A stretch of DNA of 62,845 nt, from assembly GCA_020351835.1 (NCBI GenBank), contig CP070669.1, positions 1,157,682-1,220,526 on the forward strand, in the 5' to 3' direction. The DNA comes from Nitrospirota bacterium. GTDB lineage: Bacteria; Nitrospirota; Thermodesulfovibrionia; Thermodesulfovibrionales; BMS3Bbin05. Shown here piece by piece: positions 56,268 through 62,845 of the stretch; position 1 is the first letter of the stretch; each line of letters begins with the position of its first letter. The position numbers and the translations under genes are program-made. Under the pieces are notes generated by a model that ran no database searches, was not told the origin of the DNA, and saw only the letters and a program-made list of their open reading frames with translations.

Positions 56268-57347
56268 ATGCATTGTGAAGAACTGTTTAGCGGATTTATT
56301 TTCGAGATGTTATTTGTTCTGATGACCTCATGGTTGATCACTCAGATGATATTGCCCAGATTATCTAATATAGCGTCTAAGATCGGCCTGATGGATCATC
56401 CTGAGATGAGAAAAATGCATGATGAGCCTAAGCCGCTTGTTGGCGGGATAGGCATAGTGACAGGTGTCGCGATAAGCAGTTTGCTATTCGTTCCCTTGAT
56501 GAACTTCAGAGGATTTTACGCCGGTATAGTTTTGCTGCTGATCGCCGGGTTCCTTGATGATTTCAAGGAGCTGGACCACAAGTGGAAGTTTATAGTACAG
56601 ATAGTAGCTGTTGGATTAATGATCCATTTCAGCAATGCGGTAATATACTCTTTCGGTGACCTTGTCTCATACGGACCTATCACCTTCAAGAGGCTAGGGC
56701 TTTTTGTCACGGTCTTTGCCGCGATAGGAGTGATAAACTCTATCAATATGATCGATGGTCTCGACGGGCTTGCCGGTGGAGTATCATTAATAGCTTTTCT
56801 ATCATTTGCCTTGCTTGCTCTGATAGATAATAATCCTGCTCTTGTATTGTTGAGCTTTGCTTTTTGCGGGGCGCTTGTAGCCTTTCTTGCGTATAATTGG
56901 AGCCCTGCAAGCCTTTTTATGGGGGATGCCGGCAGCATATCTCTCGGGTTTGCTCTCACATTTGTCGCTATCACTATTACTCAGGGGGAGGCAAGTAATA
57001 TCCCTCCCGTTGCCCCACTATTGATCCTTGCCGTTCCAATAGTCGATACCCTGACAGTGATGCTAAGAAGGATGTTGAAGGGGAAAAGTGCGTTCGAGCC
57101 TGACACAAGCCATATTCATCATATTCTTCTTCGCCTGGGTATTTCAAAGGAGAGGGCTGTACTGATGATCCTCGGTATAAACCTGATATTCTCGGCAATA
57201 GCGGTGGCAGGAGTGATGATGGGTATTCCAGAGCACTATATGTTCACTATCTTTGTTCTATATTTTGTAGCTTACTTTATAACCTCTTTCTATAGAAAGA
57301 GGATCATAAAATACAGGATGAGCAACGGTATAGTCAGTAAGACCTGA
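56268..57347 (+). CDS. MraY/WecA-family polyprenyl-phosphate N-acetylhexosamine-1-phosphate transferase
   Basis: GGIGIV, LLLIAGFLDDFKELD, NMIDGLDGLAGG and FMGDAGS are present, with about 10-11 TM helices. Confidence 0.85.
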   Translation: MHCEELFSGFIFEMLFVLMTSWLITQMILPRLSNIASKIGLMDHPEMRKMHDEPKPLVGGIGIVTGVAISSLLFVPLMNFRGFYAGIVLLLIAGFLDDFKELDHKWKFIVQIVAVGLMIHFSNAVIYSFGDLVSYGPITFKRLGLFVTVFAAIGVINSINMIDGLDGLAGGVSLIAFLSFALLALIDNNPALVLLSFAFCGALVAFLAYNWSPASLFMGDAGSISLGFALTFVAITITQGEASNIPPVAPLLILAVPIVDTLTVMLRRMLKGKSAFEPDTSHIHHILLRLGISKERAVLMILGINLIFSAIAVAGVMMGIPEHYMFTIFVLYFVAYFITSFYRKRIIKYRMSNGIVSKT

Positions 57348-57537
57348 TCATCCGAGAGAACTCTTCTGTCCACACCACCTGATAGAAGTCACACTCCTTA
57401 TATATAGTAATGCTACTTTGTGAATGCGCCTTTAATCTCGTGGTCAAATTGTCCCGGCTGCGACCCGGCGCCTTCCACATCCTTTGAATTCCCACCAGTT
57501 CTGTTTTAAAGCCGTATTCTATCCATAAAGAATGGAC

Positions 57538-58524
57538 CTATCTTATAAACCTAATGCATAGAGGATAGCGGTACCTCTCTCCCCTGTTTGCCTTTACACT
57601 GGCTATGATCACGACTATGAGATTGAAGATCCCCAAGGCAACAAGGAGAACGCATCCTATCACGACCAGCATAAGTACCGCGGAGACTATATAGTAAATG
57701 GTCATGGATATCTGGAAATTAAGCGATTCCTTTCCCTGGTCATCTACAAAGGGGTATTGGTCCTTTTTGATCAACCATAGGACAAGAGGTACTATGAGAT
57801 GAGCCAGAGGGAAAAAATAGATCGCAAGTGCCCCAAGATGGCAGAATGTCGCCCAGGTCCTTTCGTCATTAGATGGGGATGGCGAGGTTGATGATGCTTC
57901 ATGCGGAGCTTCTGATGTGGAAAGCGTCCCTTTTGCTGTCCTTTCGGCATTTACTCTCTTGATAAGTACGACCACTACTATGAGAGGAGCAATAAGCCAG
58001 CCGATAAAGCTCAGGACAATGAATGCAACTACCGAAAGTGCGATGTCACTGAATACAGAACGCCTCAACATAAATATCCTGTTCCTGAAGTCGCCAGAGA
58101 CCTCTATGCTGTACTTGCCGGACCTGTCGAACGTGAAACTGCCGATTGAGTGCCGTGCAGTAGATCCGACCGTTTCTGTAGAACCGGATGTCGGGGACAT
58201 GGGAATGGGTTCTCCCGTAAGGGAGTCGGTTGCCCTTATCTCGATCACATCAGGAAGCTCCTCGCTCCCCGAATACATCTTTCCGTTATATATGGTCTTG
58301 ATCTCGTTCCAGAGAATATATTTGCCCGGTTTGTCCACACTTATCGTAACCTCTCCAGGGACCATGAACTGTACCCCGCTCGACAATGACGTGAATACAG
58401 CCGTAAAAAGGATAACTATACCGCCTACGGCTCCGACTATAAACAGGATAGCTGCAAAGACATACCATGAACGCGAGGGTTTCTTTAAAGGGCTGGAGAC
58501 AGATGTGACTTCTTCATCGGTCAT
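57538..58524 (-). CDS. Membrane protein with a C-terminal DUF4870-like domain
   Basis: The topology is TM, then about 110 aa of extracytoplasmic beta-rich segment, then TM. The C-terminus is ERTWATFCHLGALAIYFFPLAHLIVPLVLWLIKKDQYPFVDDQGKESLNFQIS...ANRGERYRYPLCIRFI. Confidence 0.55.
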   Translation of the reverse strand: MTDEEVTSVSSPLKKPSRSWYVFAAILFIVGAVGGIVILFTAVFTSLSSGVQFMVPGEVTISVDKPGKYILWNEIKTIYNGKMYSGSEELPDVIEIRATDSLTGEPIPMSPTSGSTETVGSTARHSIGSFTFDRSGKYSIEVSGDFRNRIFMLRRSVFSDIALSVVAFIVLSFIGWLIAPLIVVVVLIKRVNAERTAKGTLSTSEAPHEASSTSPSPSNDERTWATFCHLGALAIYFFPLAHLIVPLVLWLIKKDQYPFVDDQGKESLNFQISMTIYYIVSAVLMLVVIGCVLLVALGIFNLIVVIIASVKANRGERYRYPLCIRFIR

Positions 58525-58603
58525 TGTTAAATTATATCTTATTCTTTACGTAATGTCGTCAATATTTTAAAATATTGCGCCTGCTTAAAAGGAGGGCTGG
58601 CAT

Positions 58604-59596
58604 ATGATATCGGCATTCAAATACATTACAGCGGTTATTCTTCTGATTATTGGCCTGGTACCTGACGCTGAGTGTTCCGAAAAGGTGTATGAGCTAAAGT
58701 TCAATACCGTTGCCGGTCCGCAGCAGCCTCAGGTAAAGGCGCTTAATGTCTTTGCTGAAGAGGTAAAGAGGATCAGCGAGGGCAAGGTGAAGGTACAAGT
58801 GTTCCACTCGGGGCAGCTCGGCAATCAGCAGACCCAGATCACGGGCATCATGAGAGGCACGATAGACATGACCTTCACTACTCCTAATTTTATGTCCAGG
58901 TTTGACAGGAAGATCGGGATATTCGGTGCGGCATATCTGTTCAGAGACCTTGAACACATGTACTCCGTTATGAACGGTCCTATAGGAATAGAGTACTTTA
59001 ATGGGATAGCAAATAGTATGGGCGTAAGGCCCCTGGATGTATGGTATCTTGGTTCGCGTCATCTTAACCTTAGAGATAAAGCCGTCAGCACACCTGATGA
59101 TATGAAGGGAGTTAAACTAAGGATGCCTAACTCTCCCTTATGGATCGCGATGGGCAGGGCATTGGGTGCAAATCCTACGCCACTTGGTTTTGGCGAAGTA
59201 TACATGGCCCTTAAGACAGGGGTGGTCGACGGACAGGACAATCCCCTCCCAACCAACGAGGCCCAAAAGTTCTATGAGGTCACTAAATACATGGTCCTTA
59301 CCGGGCATCAGATGGGAATGCTCTGGCCGAGCATCAACGAAAGGCTCTGGAATGAGATGCCTGATCAGTACAGAGGATGGATATTGCAAGCCCTTAAAGT
59401 TGCACGAGAATACCAGAACGATATCGTACTCCGCGGTGAGACAGAACTGCTGAGGAAGTTCAAAGATGAGTACGGAATGATCATCATTGAGCCAGACGTA
59501 GATGCCTTTCGAAAAAGAGCCGGTTACGCATACAAGGAGTTCGAAAAGGACTGGGGTGAAGGGACTTACGAAAGGATCCAGAACTATAAAGACTAA
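58604..59596 (+). CDS. dctP: TRAP transporter substrate-binding protein (DctP family)
   Basis: It has a signal peptide plus VQVFHSGQLGNQQTQI, GVKLRMPNSPLWI, VYMALKTGVVDGQDNPL and FYEVTKYM. Confidence 0.9.
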   Translation: MISAFKYITAVILLIIGLVPDAECSEKVYELKFNTVAGPQQPQVKALNVFAEEVKRISEGKVKVQVFHSGQLGNQQTQITGIMRGTIDMTFTTPNFMSRFDRKIGIFGAAYLFRDLEHMYSVMNGPIGIEYFNGIANSMGVRPLDVWYLGSRHLNLRDKAVSTPDDMKGVKLRMPNSPLWIAMGRALGANPTPLGFGEVYMALKTGVVDGQDNPLPTNEAQKFYEVTKYMVLTGHQMGMLWPSINERLWNEMPDQYRGWILQALKVAREYQNDIVLRGETELLRKFKDEYGMIIIEPDVDAFRKRAGYAYKEFEKDWGEGTYERIQNYKD

Positions 59597-60096
59597 TGGC
59601 AGATCTTACCATTAACAGGAATATCGAAAAGGCCATTGGGCTGGTCGAGTCTGTTCTGAGTGTCGTATTGTTCTCCGGAATGTTCGGAGCGATAATAATA
59701 CAGGTGTTCTTCAGGTACGTTCTCAAGGCCCCGCTTGTCTGGCCCTACGAGCTGTCAATATATTGTTTTATTTACATCATATTTATCGGAGCAGCTATTG
59801 CAGCCCGCCGGGATACACATATAGCCTTCAGCCTTTATCATGATAGCCTTTCTGTAAGAGGCAGGATGCTTACACGAGTAATAACGAACATATGCGCCAT
59901 CATATTGCTGATCATTATAATGCCTTCATCGTTCTCCTTTATAAGATTAATGAGCGGAGTGAGGTCTTCATCACTCGATATCCCTATGTATGTCTTGTTG
60001 TCATCATTTCCTGTGGGAATATCACTTATTATCCTGTATCTTTCGCTCTGGACATCATCCTATATTAAGACCTTGAAAAGCATGAGGGGTAGCTGA
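59596..60096 (+). CDS. dctQ: TRAP transporter small permease (DctQ family)
   Basis: It is a four-TM protein between dctP and dctM. QVFFRYVLKAPLVWPYELS is present. Its ATG overlaps the dctP stop. Confidence 0.8.
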   Translation: MADLTINRNIEKAIGLVESVLSVVLFSGMFGAIIIQVFFRYVLKAPLVWPYELSIYCFIYIIFIGAAIAARRDTHIAFSLYHDSLSVRGRMLTRVITNICAIILLIIIMPSSFSFIRLMSGVRSSSLDIPMYVLLSSFPVGISLIILYLSLWTSSYIKTLKSMRGS

Positions 60097-61382
60097 TGTC
60101 TTTTTCCCTGGCCGTCTGGCTTCTGGTATTCATTGCCGCATTGATGCTGCGGGTCCCGATAGCATTGGGAATGCTGATGTCCTCCGTTCTCTACTTCATT
60201 ATAGAAGGAGTAGACCTTGGTACTGTGATAGAGACCACTGTTCTGGGGTTTGAAAGTCAGTTCGTTCTGTTGGCGGTGCCTCTCTTTATCTTTACCGCCA
60301 GGGTTATGAACAGTGGCGGTATTACCGGCAGGATCTTTGATTTTGCGGGCAGCATGGTCGGAGGGTTCAGGGGAGGGCTCGCACATGTAAACGTAGCCGC
60401 CAGCATCATCTTTTCAGGGATGACGGGTTCGGCTATAGCAGACGCCTCAGGTCTCGGGATGATGGAGGTAAAGGCTATGAATGATGCCGGATATGATAAG
60501 CCGTTCAGCTGTGCCGTAACGGCGGCCTCGGCAACTATAGGCCCCATAATACCGCCAAGTATACCGGTTATCATCTATGCAATGCTTTCGGGTGCATCTG
60601 TGGGGAACCTGTTCCTGGGAGGTATAATACCCGGCCTCCTTATGGGCATTTCGATGATGGGGGTTATCTATGTGCTTGCTAAGAAAAGAGGCTATGCTGC
60701 CGGGGCCAGCACTGACCTTGGTGGATTTCTAAAGGCTTTTAAGCGTGCGTTCCTTTCGTTGCTTACCCCGGTCATATTGCTTGGTGGTATCTATGGAGGA
60801 ATATTTACTCCAACAGAGGCCGCGGCAGTGGCTGCATTGTATGCATTAGTTCTGCTGATATTTGTATACCGAAATTTCGGGGTAAAAGAACTTGTCAGCT
60901 CTATCAAGGACACCGTTGAGAGCACAGGCTTTCTTGCGTTCATAATAGCGTGTGCCTTTGTGTTCGGGTATGTCATTGCGCGTGAGCAGGTACCTGCGCA
61001 TATGGCAGAGGCTCTACTAGGCATCACGACTAATAAATGGGTATTGCTATTGCTTTTCAACCTGCTCTTTCTGGTGCTGGGATGTTTTGTCGATACAATA
61101 GTCCTTTTGCTTATTGTTGTACCGATCGTTCTCCCCGTGGCACGTGCTGCAGGTATCGACCTTGTTCATTTCGGGATAGTGATAGTACTTAACATGATGA
61201 TAGGATTGATAACGCCGCCGTTCGGAATGCTTCTGTTCATTGTCAGCGGACTGACCGATACGCCTCTATCTCGCATTATCAAAGAGATGGTCCCCTTCCT
61301 GTTTATATTGATAGCAGTGCTTTTCCTGTGCACATATGTCCCGGGCATAGTGATGTTCCTTCCCAGACTGGTCGGATACTAA
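60096..61382 (+). CDS. dctM: TRAP transporter large permease (DctM family)
   Basis: The 428-aa polytopic protein has FSGMTGSAIADASGLG, IPPSIPVIIYA and PPFGMLLF. Confidence 0.92.
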   Translation: MSFSLAVWLLVFIAALMLRVPIALGMLMSSVLYFIIEGVDLGTVIETTVLGFESQFVLLAVPLFIFTARVMNSGGITGRIFDFAGSMVGGFRGGLAHVNVAASIIFSGMTGSAIADASGLGMMEVKAMNDAGYDKPFSCAVTAASATIGPIIPPSIPVIIYAMLSGASVGNLFLGGIIPGLLMGISMMGVIYVLAKKRGYAAGASTDLGGFLKAFKRAFLSLLTPVILLGGIYGGIFTPTEAAAVAALYALVLLIFVYRNFGVKELVSSIKDTVESTGFLAFIIACAFVFGYVIAREQVPAHMAEALLGITTNKWVLLLLFNLLFLVLGCFVDTIVLLLIVVPIVLPVARAAGIDLVHFGIVIVLNMMIGLITPPFGMLLFIVSGLTDTPLSRIIKEMVPFLFILIAVLFLCTYVPGIVMFLPRLVGY

Positions 61383-61507
61383 AGACTAAACAGGGGGCAT
61401 GTCTCGGCTCTCGAACAGAGCCAAGTAAATAGGATATGTCTGTTTAAGCAAATGCTCTACTCGGGATTGATGCTGAGGCATAATGAGAAGAGCAGTGTTC
61501 GCTTTTA

Positions 61508-61837
61508 CTAGCTTGCGACAGGTTCTTTGCTTCTGAGCTTCGAAAGTAACACTGCTGACATAGTGAATTTTGGATACTCCTCGTTCAGCACGGAACGATA
61601 GAATTCGCAATTTTCGCAGCTCTTGAACTTTTTTGCAAATGTTCCCTGGACTTTATTGCCACAAAGCGTTCCTCCTACTACCCAGCACGACCTGCCGGCA
61701 TTGGTGCCGTCATGAATTCCGTCCAGCCGTTCTTCTATTGATGCGGGGCAAAGCCCCAGCTCGCTGACACTATGTCCTTCAGGCTGTCTCCCGCAGTTCT
61801 TGAACTCCCAGCAATTTAGCTTTGATTTTCTCTCCAT
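61508..61837 (-). CDS. Small Cys-rich protein resembling the two-CW domain family
   Basis: LNCWEFKNCGRQPEG...LCPA...NAGRSCWVVGGTLCG...FKSCENCEFY has two CW dipeptides and 7 Cys. The family name is recalled from memory and not verified. Confidence 0.5.
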   Translation of the reverse strand: MERKSKLNCWEFKNCGRQPEGHSVSELGLCPASIEERLDGIHDGTNAGRSCWVVGGTLCGNKVQGTFAKKFKSCENCEFYRSVLNEEYPKFTMSAVLLSKLRSKEPVAS

Positions 61838-61863
61838 GTTTGTTGTCCCCTGTAATATGGTCT

Positions 61864-62250
61864 CTATACCTGTTCGTGATGAAGTTCGGAATGACTGAAT
61901 ACCCCGCTATATATCTTTGGATATTTGTCACCGCTAATAATGTTCTCAAACTCGATGCCTATATGGTAGGCCTTTTCTTTCCCGCTCACCCAGACAACTT
62001 TGCCTGTTATATGTTCATGATATATTCGCTTATTAAAATTGATACGTTTAATGGACACGGTGTCTCCTTCATTAAGAGGTGTCGTGGAAAATAAGCCCAG
62101 GCCACTCAGGCTTATATCCTTTATCAGGCAAAAAGCCATCTTTAAGGCACCGAAGATCTCATCGATCTTGCCATCGCTTTTGCTCCATATGTCCACTACA
62201 CCCGATTTTTTGATCCTTATGTGTTGTCTTGTCGCCATAAATTTCTCCAT
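61864..62250 (-). CDS. PilZ domain protein
   Basis: RQHIRIKK (RxxxR-like), KDISLSGLGL (DxSxxG) and GKVVWVS...YHIGIEF are present. It lies 26 nt upstream of the two-CW-like gene. Confidence 0.7.
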   Translation of the reverse strand: MEKFMATRQHIRIKKSGVVDIWSKSDGKIDEIFGALKMAFCLIKDISLSGLGLFSTTPLNEGDTVSIKRINFNKRIYHEHITGKVVWVSGKEKAYHIGIEFENIISGDKYPKIYSGVFSHSELHHEQV

Positions 62251-62845
62251 TTGATGATTTAAGGGTTATAATGAATGGCTACAAAATTGATCATGATAAG
62301 TTCATTTGCGATCCGTTCTTATCTATGGCTGAGCCATCGTTACCTGATAATATTTTAGCGAATCTTAATATTTATTGATTGTATGAACGCTTTTAAAGTT
62401 TGTACATTTGTAAAGCTGTATTAAGAGAAATCTGAGAGGGCTTCGTGATGTTGTAAAAAGTATAACGGAGTTAAACTATAAATGAATGAAGGGGAATAAA
62501 AAATGAGTTATTGAGGAATAAACTGACAATTATCTCCTCGATTCGACCTGTAAATTTACATTGAAATATACATGACCCTATAGAAATCTCTTTCTTGCTA
62601 CCAATAGTCCACCAAGCATTATCGTAAACATCAACGAATATGGATATTTTAATGAATATACAATTGGCGTGAGCATTACACGTGTCGCTGTTCTTAGTGA
62701 ATCATGTTTTGATATAAAACGAGCAACCGCAGGTGAATACTTGTATTACGTATAATCATATTTATTTGCTACCAATTTCGTAAGTAGTTAGTCGTCCCTA
62801 AACTATCTCAGTACCATTACTTGTTCATGCTTATAACTCCCGTAT

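Noticed and set aside
35422-57347. A PEP-CTERM/exosortase-type EPS system
   Set aside because: No exosortase (EpsH-like) gene is present, and none of the translated ORFs in the window ends in a PEP-CTERM sorting signal.
1-62845. Genome-wide reassignment of TAG (an alternative genetic code, or pyrrolysine in many genes) as the explanation for the two in-frame TAGs
   Set aside because: TAG terminates many well-defined genes at positions that match family lengths, including nrdJ 11599, sixA 2881-2883, the SWIB gene 9450-9452, 3831, 5926, 9525 and 10006. No pyl genes or tRNA(CUA) occur in the window.

Overview
A 62.8-kb bacterial chromosomal segment with about 67 densely packed protein genes, one tRNA, no rRNA, no CRISPR array and no transposase or integrase. 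Promoters look canonical (TTGACA / TAnnnT) and many adjacent genes share ATGA or GTGA start-stop overlaps. The gene content includes a class II B12-dependent ribonucleotide reductase, SelA, a TRAP transporter, several PilZ proteins, small Cys-rich proteins and a Lys-rich H1-like/SWIB protein. This suggests an anaerobic Gram-negative organism (Desulfobacterota- or Nitrospirota-like), but taxonomy cannot be settled from this window.

Layout:
- 1-14.1 kb: mixed housekeeping and hypothetical genes. These are hisI/hisE, sixA, a retropepsin-like protease, an ATP-cone/nuclease fusion, cysZ flanked by two NosL-like genes, asnS and the H1-like/SWIB protein. The block ends with an nrdJ-dCMP deaminase operon whose promoter carries a near-perfect NrdR box.
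- 14.5-20.4 kb: RDD-mreB-mreC-mreD-mrdA-rodA, then tRNA-Met(CAT).
- 20.4-24.1 kb, minus strand: selA, rpmE, DUF1385, prfA.
- 24.1-33.1 kb, minus strand: the most unusual part. A 1990-aa secreted protein with a C-terminal C25 (gingipain-like) peptidase domain is followed, without intergenic gaps, by a RiPP-like cassette. The cassette encodes a PqqD RRE, a radical SAM/SPASM enzyme, a 59/60-aa precursor peptide, an HPr-kinase-like kinase and a soluble S26B-like peptidase. The precursor has a lasso-type YxxPxL leader motif, a 3-Cys core and a C-terminal Ser.
- 33.4-35.2 kb: an FGE-domain/OmpA-domain fusion lipoprotein and a small secreted protein.
- 35.3-57.3 kb: one co-directional Wzx/Wzy-type exopolysaccharide locus. 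It encodes an OM barrel, Wza, Wzc, two O-antigen-ligase-family proteins, Wzx, a sulfotransferase, a methyltransferase, four GTs, a PglC/D/E/F-like diamino-sugar module, a nucleotidyltransferase and a WecA-like transferase.
- 57.5-62.8 kb: a DUF4870 membrane protein, TRAP dctPQM, a two-CW-like Cys-rich protein plus a PilZ protein, and about 600 bp of AT-rich non-coding DNA.

Two unrelated membrane-protein genes (DUF2301-like and the Wzx flippase) are each interrupted by a single in-frame TAG. All family assignments come from motif recognition by eye, not from database searches.
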